Origin: a virus
DNA length: 64,000 nt
IMG/VR virus record: IMGVR_UViG_3300044802_000046
Span: 3,568-67,567 of that record
Reading direction: 5' to 3' (one strand)
A program made the position numbers and the translations under genes. Shown here piece by piece: positions 29,401 through 39,100 of this stretch (the first letter of the stretch is position 1; the number at the start of each line of letters is the position of its first letter). The notes under the pieces are model-generated. The model was not told the DNA's origin, did not search any database, and saw only the letters and a program-made list of their open reading frames with translations.

Positions 29401-30928
29401 AAGTTTGCTTATATATATCTCCTCCGAATACACAAGCGTATACATTTCCAGAAGGGTCGCATGTCATTCCCTCCCAGCTTCTGCTTGTTTGACCTAGCGC
29501 TATAAAGTTTCCGGTACCCGATGTCTGCTTGTAGATATCTCCGGCTGCTACACATGCGTACACATTTCCGGATGGAGTAGCGGCCATGCCTCTCCAATTT
29601 CTTGCTGTCTGACTCAAGGCTACAAAATTACCGGTTCCGGCAGTTTGCTTATAGATGTCCCCTCCGCTCTGAACAGATGCATACACATTGCCACTGACTG
29701 TGGTTGCCATTCCAACCCAACTCCTAAAGGTCTGGCTTAGTCCAATAAAACTTCCAGTTCCATTAGTTTGCATACATATATCACCGTCAGTTATACATGC
29801 ATATACATTATTACCTCTAGCGGTCATAGCCCTCCATTTAGAAGCAACTTGGCTTAAGTCTACAAAACTACTTATCTCGGCTATTACAGGGCTTATTCCT
29901 AATACATAGTTAGACCCAGATGTCAATTTCTCACCTACGGTATATGTATTTGAGTTATAAGTTATCTGCATTCCAACAGGGATGGAGTCGTATATAGATT
30001 TAGATACAGTACCCCTTACGTCATTTATATCTGCGGCTCCATTATTATACGAACCCAAAGAGAAATATGTAAATACGAATGAATTTGTTTTAGGATTACT
30101 TATTTTATCGTATAGGTACCAATTCCCGAAATCGCTATTCCGGACAAATAATTCAATAGAGTCAATATCAGTTGAAGCTCCATTTACAATTTCAAAAAGC
30201 CTTAAATTTAAAAATAGTGCATATGCGCTAGATGCAGTAGTTCCGCTTCCGTCCGGAAAGACATATTTATCAGTAAAAAATACATCCGAAAAAGGAGACA
30301 ATACACTTTTTTCGTAATCATCGTATATATACCTATAAGCAAACTGATATATCTTATTTCTTATGACTTTTTTAGCTGAATCCGAGTATGCGCCGGAAAT
30401 AACTGGCCTATATGATGGCGGACGCTTATACGCCTCTATGATATAATCTGACATTGCCAGGTATTTATAACTCGTAGATACTCCATGAGTATAATTATAG
30501 GCCCTGATATAATTTATCTTTTTTGGAGGATTTGCGCCATCTGTCCATAGCAATAAGTCTCCAATCACATTTGCGACTATACTACTCCCTAATATTAAGA
30601 AGCTTTGGAATATTATATAGTCGGAAGTATTGGCTGCTACATCGTAATACCAAATAGAATTATTCGAATAATTACTTTTGACAAAAAATATGATTCTATT
30701 CCTAGCCTCATCTCGGCATGATCCGACTACTATTGGAGGGGTGGGGTCGGAATTATAACTAGATGTTAAATCGATGACCTTTTCGTTGCCCTTAATATTT
30801 ACAGCAACGCCAAACCTACCGTCAGACTGAATTATGGTATTTAAAATATAATCCGAACCTTTATTTAATTTAGGATCGGTATCGGTATCCAAATACGAAT
30901 CTCCAAATATTTTTACATCTTTTTCCAT
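26492..30928 (-). CDS. tail muzzle/stabilization (nozzle) protein, Crassvirales-like
   Basis: LDTD.DP, NIKGN, LLWTDG.NPPKKIN, YQFAYRY.Y.D.EKS..SPFS, VSEYGMRTYF, WISFYSF.P; follows the ring proteins. Confidence 0.8.
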   Translation of the reverse strand: MEKDVKIFGDSYLDTDTDPKLNKGSDYILNTIIQSDGRFGVAVNIKGNEKVIDLTSSYNSDPTPPIVVGSCRDEARNRIIFFVKSNYSNNSIWYYDVAANTSDYIIFQSFLILGSSIVANVIGDLLLWTDGANPPKKINYIRAYNYTHGVSTSYKYLAMSDYIIEAYKRPPSYRPVISGAYSDSAKKVIRNKIYQFAYRYIYDDYEKSVLSPFSDVFFTDKYVFPDGSGTTASSAYALFLNLRLFEIVNGASTDIDSIELFVRNSDFGNWYLYDKISNPKTNSFVFTYFSLGSYNNGAADINDVRGTVSKSIYDSIPVGMQITYNSNTYTVGEKLTSGSNYVLGISPVIAEISSFVDLSQVASKWRAMTARGNNVYACITDGDICMQTNGTGSFIGLSQTFRSWVGMATTVSGNVYASVQSGGDIYKQTAGTGNFVALSQTARNWRGMAATPSGNVYACVAAGDIYKQTSGTGNFIALGQTSRSWEGMTCDPSGNVYACVFGGDIYKQTSGSGNFIALGQSARNWEGMTCDSFGNIYACVEGSGIYIQFAGTGNFIDQGQATRLWEGMAVASNGSIYACVYNGSIYKKSVPSAPYTFSLTEFMNYVFLDDKVKQNVDQDDLARPYDFLPKLAGTQELIEKDRIIYGDITEGFDHTVLDILTTVNRNLATFTVESSSMIVSLASDGWRVRWPSYPINTFYGIILNIASTDYGSEDLTFKAFNITVYYVSKPGDTEQSILKALALNIKYRIRKSITNRLGWTDPSVKHNTSPAYYYISVGMEVDQGPSSSTIPYFITIPIGYTSGLNSTYKTMKNEDYYLGGIRYYDKDLRYSSVNKFSTPIAVESMYGQSYYYDLTCSIRNKPPEYAYFYALVFTKRIIINSYVKLLARATEYAGTVASGYAYFDEIDNYLRIQVNRLINDSREIDTNLKINNYVFTDGDRIKIHSGDISSFNYDFLIKGTEYPEVDSQYEKDYAATPSYITDSSGNKVSAPYSQVVIVQITRLDVPALSVVDRNITSDFVMELYSPKKESSNPYYFPVYFGSIGNPGTSSNYHIGNIQNQNPASPVSSPAIVLCNPGDSYLKERFAKYLYPSVDDNYSDYYESNSYGLGMPGLFDADAKEEELISGMRNSGSLLENTKVNKLNQFKSEDLETLKSKFGSINILKEVGNVMKVLQDRKETSIYISRTEMQNADNTSNVVKSTALLGTANKYDEDRGTIFPRSVVVHNRDIYYFDYYRGEVIRTSPNGQYPVSEYGMRTYFRSKASQIASFGIANADVRGAYDEENKMYVLTFIMGVNSETIGFYDPNIEGAKPRWISFYSFMPDHYSSLGTTLLSFSGVMGYKHNSNNVVRANFYGTKYKQQINWYSNANPILKKVFKVLGIKSNKAWDVPLIIIESDATYTRGMSSLLKTNHFELKEGSFSAAYLNNMKTTSNTPSVLDLFNGDELRGFYIKHQMENLEDAEVWVLESQVGWDLSDKY
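29166..29870 (-). repeat. six ~40-aa beta-propeller repeats inside the muzzle protein
   Basis: W.GM....GNVYACV..GDIYKQT.GTGNF..L.Q..R. six times; boundaries approximate. Confidence 0.9.
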
Positions 30929-31635
30929 TACCGATTATAAGTTCCTGAGTATTCAGATAACAATGCGTCGTAAACTTCATCAAGTGTCGGCCCTTCAAAA
31001 GCAACGAGTTTATTGACCTCTTGTTCGTATAGATCTTTAAAGTAATCCGCGCCTCTATAGTCAATCGGCTCCCTTAATTTAATCTTCCATCTGGAATAAT
31101 TTATAATCGCTTCTTTAAACCTTATAGGGATAACAGTATCCTTATCTGTTACGCCTGAGCTTATGTAGCCAAGCAGTACATTTGCTGGATTTGCGCCTAT
31201 TATGAAAAATCGCCTGTTTGCCTCGTCTTCGGTATAGTAAAAATCGTTTTTCCCGCCCTTGGTTCCGTATCCGACTACTTGTCCTTCCGGAGGCACTACG
31301 CCTTCTCCTTGGGATGGCGTTAAAGTTTCTTGGCCGTTAACCAATGTTGTTGTAGTGATTAAATTATTATCTCTTGTAAGAGTCCATAACTGCCCGTTTC
31401 GTGGCACTCCAAGAAAACATAATCCAATGTAATCGTCGGGCCAGTCAATGGTATTGGTAGATGGATCTACGATGACCTTAGCGACTTTTGTTTTTTTTGT
31501 ATGAAACATGTGAATATCCCGGATAGCATTGAGCGCAAATTGGCCTAAATACTTCCAATCTTCCATTCCGTATCCACCTTCAAAATGAATATCTTTTACG
31601 ATTTGCTTAAGAGTTCTGTATCCGGGCGTGTCCAT
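30928..31635 (-). CDS. tail ring/tubular protein
   Basis: IDWPDDY (LP.DY-type) motif, V.IP..FKEAI..Y..W. Confidence 0.7.
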   Translation of the reverse strand: MDTPGYRTLKQIVKDIHFEGGYGMEDWKYLGQFALNAIRDIHMFHTKKTKVAKVIVDPSTNTIDWPDDYIGLCFLGVPRNGQLWTLTRDNNLITTTTLVNGQETLTPSQGEGVVPPEGQVVGYGTKGGKNDFYYTEDEANRRFFIIGANPANVLLGYISSGVTDKDTVIPIRFKEAIINYSRWKIKLREPIDYRGADYFKDLYEQEVNKLVAFEGPTLDEVYDALLSEYSGTYNR

Positions 31636-32240
31636 TAGGCTACTTCGTTTTGATTATTTAGTTTATCAATAGGCTTTAATGCATACATTTGACGTATGAT
31701 ATTAATAACTTCTAAATCTTGGCCACTGGGTATCGGAACGTCTTCATCTAAATTCCACTCGGTAAAATCAACTACTAAATCCATTTTAACTGCCGTGATT
31801 ATAGGGTCAAAATTAAAATAGTCTACCCGACTCCCGCTTAAGGAATATCCTATCACATCGTCAATGTTACCAAATTCAGACTCAAACATAAGCTCTCTCT
31901 CATTCATTTGAATTGGAACAAATGAAACATCTCTTCCGGTCATCGTATTTATGTTCCATATCCCATCACCACATATCGGGTATTGAATGACTTTTGCCGG
32001 CAATATTGAATAGTACGTTTGAGTTGAAGATTCGTAAGCTACTGCCACATTTAAGTAAGGTTTAGAATACCTATCAAGATTACTCGGATCTTTTTTGAAT
32101 GTCTTGAAAAAAATAGTATTTAAGGCTGCGGCAATATCAAGCTCTACTCGGCGGGGATCGGCAAGATGCAGCCTGTCGACAGTTTCTTTCCCGCCAAAGA
32201 TGTTAATTCTAATTAACTCAATATATTTCGATTTAATCAT
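31635..32240 (-). CDS. tail ring protein
   Basis: YSILP motif, DEDVPIP; position in the ring-gene series. Confidence 0.6.
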   Translation of the reverse strand: MIKSKYIELIRINIFGGKETVDRLHLADPRRVELDIAAALNTIFFKTFKKDPSNLDRYSKPYLNVAVAYESSTQTYYSILPAKVIQYPICGDGIWNINTMTGRDVSFVPIQMNERELMFESEFGNIDDVIGYSLSGSRVDYFNFDPIITAVKMDLVVDFTEWNLDEDVPIPSGQDLEVINIIRQMYALKPIDKLNNQNEVA

Positions 32241-32986
32241 GATTGCTTCCCTTCTACTTCGCGAACGTAAGCTCTGACTTGCTCGTCTTTAAGCTGGATT
32301 CCAACCTTTTGTAATACTTCATTGCAAAATTCTATATGCCATAAAGGATTCCACTCCAATTCAACTGTGTTTGATGTTACGGTAGTACCCGCTGTCTGCC
32401 CTGCTGAACCAACTTCCCCAGTTGTCAACAAATGAGTTGCGCCTACAGCAAGGTATATCAAGTTGAAATTTGCATCAAAATAATAATCGAAAACAGGAAT
32501 CGCCGGGTTTTTCATGAATACAAATTCGGCAGCAGTGATGTTTAAAGGAAAAACTTTTATTAAATTACCCAATATCATAGCCGCTGGATAGTCTTCCAGT
32601 TGAGGGGCCATTAAATTTGTTCTACGAATGGTCAAATCCCTGTCCGTCAATATTTCTATTTCACGATAAGCCCCATTATATAGCGCTATCATTGACAACC
32701 AATAAGCATAACTATTTACCAAGGTCGTCATATCGAAAGATCCGGCTGTAAAAGTTATGTTTTCCCTTACATGAAACTCCCTCAATGCCATATGCTCATA
32801 AAGAGTCTCGTTAAAAGGCATCTTAGATTGAATAGCTAATAATTGAGCCTCCTGAACCTTTCTATTATACATATTAGTATTGGACGCGGGAAATATAAAA
32901 TTCAACTGATCCGGCTTAAGAGTACTTCCGGAATTCTCTTTTACGCATATATAGTTAACGTATTTTAATATCTGATTCAGTGTCAT
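32237..32986 (-). CDS. tail ring protein
   Basis: Shares EILT, YP, ELEW...H motifs with 32990-33676. Confidence 0.7.
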   Translation of the reverse strand: MTLNQILKYVNYICVKENSGSTLKPDQLNFIFPASNTNMYNRKVQEAQLLAIQSKMPFNETLYEHMALREFHVRENITFTAGSFDMTTLVNSYAYWLSMIALYNGAYREIEILTDRDLTIRRTNLMAPQLEDYPAAMILGNLIKVFPLNITAAEFVFMKNPAIPVFDYYFDANFNLIYLAVGATHLLTTGEVGSAGQTAGTTVTSNTVELEWNPLWHIEFCNEVLQKVGIQLKDEQVRAYVREVEGKQS

Positions 32987-32989
32987 AGC

Positions 32990-33676
32990 TTATACTCCTT
33001 GCGCTTTTTTAGTTTCTATGTAATTGGACAGATTCATGTCTTTTGATGGAGGGGATAAATACCCAATAAGCATTCTTACGATGTCGGAATGATATTGTTC
33101 GGGCCACTCTAATTCTATAGAATTATCGGCATCATAAACATCTATTCCATTTTCTTGTTTTATGGCATAAATTGGCGTTACCGGCAATCTTAAATATGAC
33201 ATACTTACATTCAATAAATCTATTGGGTAAAATTGAATGTATGTATTTTCGTATATAGCAACCGGATATTCTTTTTCAGGAACTACTATGTAATTACTTA
33301 TCCTATCGTCAGCTTCCTCATGTGTTAGTATTTCAACTGGACGTTGCCTACTCGTAACTGAGTTGAAGTATCCTATGCGGCTTAAATGTACAAATCCGGC
33401 TGGATATGATAAATGCCCGCTTCCGTCTACTGTATAATTTTGAAATGGAACTATAAATGTTTTTAATGCTTCAGTATTTTGGGCTGCTACCTGCCATCCT
33501 CGGGAAGTTACTGGTTGTCCTGGCAGCCATTGTTCGGGAAGGCCGCACCATAGCTTGAAGTAGTCGTAATTAGCAAGTTTTAAGAATAGATTAAACCTGT
33601 CGATCCCAAACATTAAGTTAGGATCAACCTGATTTAAAGTAGAAGATACGCTATGTAATATTTCTTTCAGATTCAT
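32990..33676 (-). CDS. tail ring protein
   Basis: FNLF...A..DYF, IQFYP, YLRLP.TP, IELEWP..YH. Confidence 0.7.
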   Translation of the reverse strand: MNLKEILHSVSSTLNQVDPNLMFGIDRFNLFLKLANYDYFKLWCGLPEQWLPGQPVTSRGWQVAAQNTEALKTFIVPFQNYTVDGSGHLSYPAGFVHLSRIGYFNSVTSRQRPVEILTHEEADDRISNYIVVPEKEYPVAIYENTYIQFYPIDLLNVSMSYLRLPVTPIYAIKQENGIDVYDADNSIELEWPEQYHSDIVRMLIGYLSPPSKDMNLSNYIETKKAQGV

Positions 33677-33680
33677 ACTA

Positions 33681-33688
33681 CAAATTTA
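33681..33688 (-). promoter_or_regulatory. -7 promoter element TAAATTTG
   Basis: Directly after a terminator, 4 nt before ATG 33676. Confidence 0.45.
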
Positions 33689-33702
33689 CAAAAAATATAA
33701 AC

Positions 33703-33738
33703 TATAAAATAGCCATATATTTCAATGGCTATTTTATA
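33703..33738 (-). terminator. intrinsic terminator
   Basis: Perfect 14-bp inverted repeat TATAAAATAGCCAT/ATGGCTATTTTATA just after the 33740 stop. Confidence 0.75.
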
Positions 33739-33739
33739 A

Positions 33740-34033
33740 TTAAGACAATCCGTCAGAGCATATTAATGTAAACACTTTAGCCGCATGTACAAATGCAAGA
33801 TGCACTCTCGTTAAACCATCACTGGTATACACATCTTGAACTTTGACATCAAGCTTCATACTTACATTTTCAGTAGGAGTATTATTTTCATAGAAAACAG
33901 CAAGAGATAGTAATACATTTTCCAAATCTTGTTTTTTTCTATAAACTTGATACGCGTTAATATCGTTAACGACTAAGCCTAAATTGTCCTCGACAATTTG
34001 AACATTAGATTTTATAGTATCTAAGTTATTCAT
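33740..34033 (-). CDS. hypothetical protein
   Basis: 97-aa ORF coupled to the upstream gene. Confidence 0.7.
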   Translation of the reverse strand: MNNLDTIKSNVQIVEDNLGLVVNDINAYQVYRKKQDLENVLLSLAVFYENNTPTENVSMKLDVKVQDVYTSDGLTRVHLAFVHAAKVFTLICSDGLS

Positions 34034-34275
34034 TAGGCTGGTTCCTCTACTCCATCACCATAAACAGCTCCTACTGAAGTTATGTAATCTACTATAAATT
34101 GCTTATTAGTAGATACCATAGTAAACCTATTTGGAAGAGCCGTACTGGTACTAGATACACCGCCACTAGTTCCTTGAACATTAAAAAACCCCTCCACTAT
34201 CTTAGGAGTTTCATCTTCTTTCACTACCGCAAAATAAGTCGGAGTAGTTGTCGCGAAAATTTGTATTCCAATCAT
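34033..34275 (-). CDS. hypothetical protein
   Basis: ATG 34275 (MIGIQIF) downstream of the LRR gene stop. Confidence 0.65.
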   Translation of the reverse strand: MIGIQIFATTTPTYFAVVKEDETPKIVEGFFNVQGTSGGVSSTSTALPNRFTMVSTNKQFIVDYITSVGAVYGDGVEEPA

Positions 34276-34285
34276 GATTTTAATT

Positions 34286-35782
34286 TTAATTAACAAATAT
34301 AAATAAAGTCTTTCCCGCTGCTCCAAATATTGATTGCAAATTAACTATGTCAGTATTACTCCCGCCTCCCGTTGGCGAAGAATTAGTTCCTCCATTTAAC
34401 GTTACGGTTAAATTAGCAGTTGGGGTATTAGCCGAATACCATGTATTCAATTTAGCCAATACATCATCAACTGTAGTTAGGTTTAAGGCACAACTTCCCG
34501 CGTTAAAAGTTGTGAATTGCCTGTTTATAGTTGGTAATATAATCGTAGTCAAAAGAGAATTAGAATGAACCTGGAAACTACCTCCTAAATTAGACAGGCC
34601 TGATACATTTAAAGTTCCAGTTAAATTACAAGAATAAGCCCAATAGGTGCCGAATACTTGAGACGAAGTTGGATTTATTATTGATATTAAAAGAGGATTG
34701 AGATGAACCTGGACACTACCTCCTAAATTAGACAGGCCTGATACATTTAAAGTTCCAGTTAAATTACAAGAATAAGCAAAATAAATACTAAATATTTGAG
34801 ATGAAGTTGGATTTGTTATTGATGTTAAAAGGGAATTAAAATAAACCCTAAAATCACCTCCTAGCCCAGTTAAGGTAGAAACGTCTAAAGTCCCGGTTAA
34901 ATTGCAAGAATACGCCCAATAGATACTAAACACCTTGGATGAAACTGGATTTACTATCGAAGTTAAATGAACATTAGACTGGACTCTGAATTCACTACCT
35001 AACCCAGTTAACGTTGAAACATCTAAAGCTCCAGTTAAATTGCAAGAATAAGCCCAATATGAATTAAATGTTTGAGATGATATTGGATTAGATATTGAAG
35101 TTAAAAGAGGGTTTAAATGAACCTGAAAATTATTTCTAAGTCCAGTTAATGTTGAAACGTCTAAATTTCCAGTTAAGTTACATGAATAAGCTGCATATGT
35201 AGTAAATAATCTGGATGAAGTTGGATTTATTATTGAAGTCAAAAGAGGATTATAGTAAACCTGAAAGTTACCTCCAAACCCAGTTAATGTTGAAATATCT
35301 AAAGTTCCAGTTAAATTACACGAATAGGCAAAATAATTATTAAACAATTGAGATGAAACCGGATTTAATATCGAAATTAAAAGTGGATTAGATTGAACCT
35401 GAAAATTATCTCCAAAATTAGATAATAATGATATGTTTAAAATTCCGACAATATTATCATCAGACATATCTACAGTCAATATGGATAAAGATCCAATAGT
35501 TGTACCCTTAAATACCTTTACATTTTTAGTTAACGAATCTGCATATGTATATGAAAATGAATTTGATTTTATAGTACCTCCATCCCCCAGTGACCATCTA
35601 AGCATACCAGAACTTACCGTAAATGCCGGATCAAATGTCTTCGAAGACGGTGAGTTTGTCTGAAATGTCAATATTGGCTTTTCAAGAATAGGTACATTCC
35701 TCCTGTAATCAGTTGCTAATAACTGACCAGTATTGACCAATGGTCCCAACTCTCTCCTATTCCTGAAAATATTGTGACTCAT
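34286..35782 (-). CDS. leucine-rich-repeat-like virion/receptor-binding protein
   Basis: About seven 46-aa repeats (SCNLTG.LDVS.L..LG..F.V..N..LTSI.NP.SS..F..Y.AY); PKD-like WSLGDG N-domain; TVDDVL..L cap. Confidence 0.8.
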   Translation of the reverse strand: MSHNIFRNRRELGPLVNTGQLLATDYRRNVPILEKPILTFQTNSPSSKTFDPAFTVSSGMLRWSLGDGGTIKSNSFSYTYADSLTKNVKVFKGTTIGSLSILTVDMSDDNIVGILNISLLSNFGDNFQVQSNPLLISILNPVSSQLFNNYFAYSCNLTGTLDISTLTGFGGNFQVYYNPLLTSIINPTSSRLFTTYAAYSCNLTGNLDVSTLTGLRNNFQVHLNPLLTSISNPISSQTFNSYWAYSCNLTGALDVSTLTGLGSEFRVQSNVHLTSIVNPVSSKVFSIYWAYSCNLTGTLDVSTLTGLGGDFRVYFNSLLTSITNPTSSQIFSIYFAYSCNLTGTLNVSGLSNLGGSVQVHLNPLLISIINPTSSQVFGTYWAYSCNLTGTLNVSGLSNLGGSFQVHSNSLLTTIILPTINRQFTTFNAGSCALNLTTVDDVLAKLNTWYSANTPTANLTVTLNGGTNSSPTGGGSNTDIVNLQSIFGAAGKTLFIFVN

Positions 35783-36141
35783 TAAGCTATTTCATTTACA
35801 AATCCAATTATACTAATGACATTTGTAGTTGCTGCAAAAGCTTTTATTGTAAGAGCAGTTGCATTCCCCTGAATAATTAGACCTGGAGATATTAATGATA
35901 GTCCGGCCTTGGAGGATATAGATGTAATTATATTATGATCTGGAGCTGTAGCGTCTCCAAATTCAATTGTCAATATAACATCAGCCGTATGATTATTCTG
36001 AGCCCATAACCATATTTCTTGCAAAGTTGTTGTACTGGTAGGGCCAGTGTGAATTACAGTTCCAGGGGTCGCCGTAGCTACAACTTTTACCCCTTTACCA
36101 TCCGTAGATCCACTTAATATTTTTTTTGTGTACGTAGCCAT
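35782..36141 (-). CDS. small tail-fibre-associated beta protein
   Basis: LSGSTDGK.VKV.ATAT.GT.IHT...EIWLWA; coupled to the fibre gene. Confidence 0.7.
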   Translation of the reverse strand: MATYTKKILSGSTDGKGVKVVATATPGTVIHTGPTSTTTLQEIWLWAQNNHTADVILTIEFGDATAPDHNIITSISSKAGLSLISPGLIIQGNATALTIKAFAATTNVISIIGFVNEIA

Positions 36142-39100
36142 TATGAAAAAATTTGATTTTGTAAAATATTTTGACTGTTAATATATATATCTGGATTTAC
36201 AATCAGGTCTTGTTTTCCGGAGGTCATAACTCGATTTCCTGTACCAGTAATAGATACGGCTACAAAAAGACCGTTTCCATAGGCGACTGAAGGCCAATTA
36301 TTATCTGCCGCACTAGTTCGGGATGTCCAGTTTATGCCGTCCGGAGAGGTCATGACTCGATCACCAGTGCCAGTATGACTTACAGCTACAAATAGTCTAT
36401 TTCCATACGTTATTGATGCCCAGTTATTGTCTACTGAGTTAGTACGGGAGGTCCATGTTATTCCGTTCGGAGAGGTCATAACCCTATTTCCGGTTCCACT
36501 TGAACTTACTGCTACGAAAAGACCGTTACCATAGGCCACAGAATTCCATATATTATCAGCCGCGCTCGTACGAGAGGTCCAGGTTATACCATCAGGGGAA
36601 CTCATTACTCGATTTCCGGTTCCGTCTTGGCTTACAGCTACGAAAAGACCATTTCCATAGGTGACGGAAAGCCACCCATTATCCGCTGCACTCGTGCGGG
36701 ATACCCAATTTACCCCATCGGAAGAAGTCATTACTCGGTTTCCGGTTCCACTTGAACTTACCGCTACGAAAATACCGCCGCCATAGGCTACTGAATTCCA
36801 ATTGTTATCTACTGCGCTCGTGCGATAGGCCCAGTTTATACCATCAGGAGAAGTCATTACTCGATTTCCAGTACCAGAGTCGCTTACGGCTACGAATATA
36901 CCATTGCCATAAGCAACAGACTCCCAGTTATTATCCGCCGAGCTCGTACGGGAGGTCCAGTTAATTCCGTCGGGAGAGGTCATTACTCGATTACCAGTTC
37001 CGCTAGAACTTACGGCTACGAAAAGGCCGTTTCCATAGACAATAGAACGCCAATCGTTATCTACCGCACCCGTACGTGAAGTCCAAGCTATCCCTTTTGA
37101 AATAATATTCCCGGCAACTTCTAATTTTTCAGATCCCGTACCTGGAACTACTCCAATTCCTACATTGCCATAAAGTATGCTCTTAACTATAGTCGAAGTT
37201 CCTAATGTAACTGAGTTAGATCCATTTCCAACAGCATTGTATCCTATTACAATTTCATTAACCCCTCCGTCGGCCAATGCTTTGGTTGACGAACCGATAT
37301 AAACAGATGTGGTCGATGTGATATTAGCGACAGAACCTCCGGTAATCCATCTTCCCGAATTATACCCGATAGCAACATTGTCATTTCCGGTTATACTGTA
37401 TAATGAATTTATACCAAGGGCTACATTTGATCCCGAAGTTATGTTATCATGCAAGGCATTAGTACCTATTCCTAAATTTCCAGCCCCTGTCGTATTTGAA
37501 AATAATGACAAAACACCTACCCCAACATTATCGGTACCTGTCGTGTTTGCCGTCAATGATTGTGAGCCTATAGCCGTATTGCCCCCAGCGGTTGACACTA
37601 ATAAAGCATTATTTCCAATAGCGACAGACGCGCTTCCTGTTATTAATCCTTTCAAGGCTTGAAATCCGACCGCGACATTACTGCTTCCACTAGTGTGGGC
37701 TAACATTGAATTGGAGCCTATGGAAACATTGTTAGATCCATCGCTAACAAGCATGGCACTATACCCAATAGCGGTATTATTTCCATTCGTAGTTGCCCGG
37801 AGCGCCCAAGTACCTACCGCAGTATTATAACTCCCGGAAACATTTGTCAATAAAGCTTCGTATCCAATAGCTACGGTAGAGCCTCCTGTGGAAACATTAT
37901 AAGCGGCATGGTACCCAACAGCAGTACTATAACTAAATGTAGTTAAGCTTTTAAGAGCGCCTACACCGACCGCTGTGCTATAAAATGTTGTTGTGGCTGA
38001 ATATAATGCTTGATAACCTATAGCTACATTATCATGACCTGTAGTTATCGACAATAATGAACCTGTTCCTATTCCTAAATTGTAAGACCCTTGAGATCCT
38101 GTGCCGCTCGCGCTAGTTCCGCCATTTCCAATAAAAAGATTATTCCCAGTTAGTCCAGAAGCTTTAAATGTGTTTATGGATATAGCATCTCCATTTGTAT
38201 TTACATCGACAAATCCACTTGAATACAAATCCTTAACGTAAAGATCCCCATCATAATTAAGCCTTGTGGTATGAATAGGAACGACCGTACCTGTATAAAA
38301 ATATCCGTCATTTTGTGTTGATCCAGATGTTTTTAAAACAGAAGTTGTAAGATTATTAGCGGTCATTCTCGCTCTGTAGGTAATAGTACCAAATATTAGG
38401 TCATTAACAAGTACTGATCCGCCTACATTTAATTGGTTTGTCCCAGTCTGATAAGCATCATAATCTGCGCCTTCAAGAGTACAGAAATAAGCATTTACTA
38501 TTGAATTGTTTGTAACAGAAGAAGTTGACGCTACTGCAATATTCGTTGTCGCCCCACCTGGAAGTGCCTTACAAACAGAAGTAGATAAATTTAACGTAAG
38601 AGTTTGAGCGCAATTTGAATTATCAGCATAAAAGCACCATCCATTATCTCCGCCAGTTCCCGATTGCACTATCCCTGTTACGGAAAAACAATCACAAACA
38701 GAGGGGCCGGTTGTTAAAGTATTATTATAAAAATATAGCCCTATTGCATCGCTATCTGCCGAAATGACATAAAATGTTATATTCCTTAATACGGCATTTG
38801 AACCATATAGCATAATTCCCTGTGCTAATCCAGAACAATTTACAATTACATCTACATTCGTTAAAACAATACCATCTAAATTGTTTGAAGTTGTTACCCC
38901 CGTGCTATCGCCGCCTGTTAAATTTATTGATAAATGCGCCAACCTTACATTTGTACTTTGTATGCTAAAACAAACAAGGCCAGAAATACTAGAGCTTTGT
39001 ATTAAAGTGCCGTGTCCAGCAGCAGAAGGTATTGTATAGTACCCTGCATTGCCTTGTCCAACAATATTTAATGCCTTGTTTATGGTTATACCGCTAGTTA

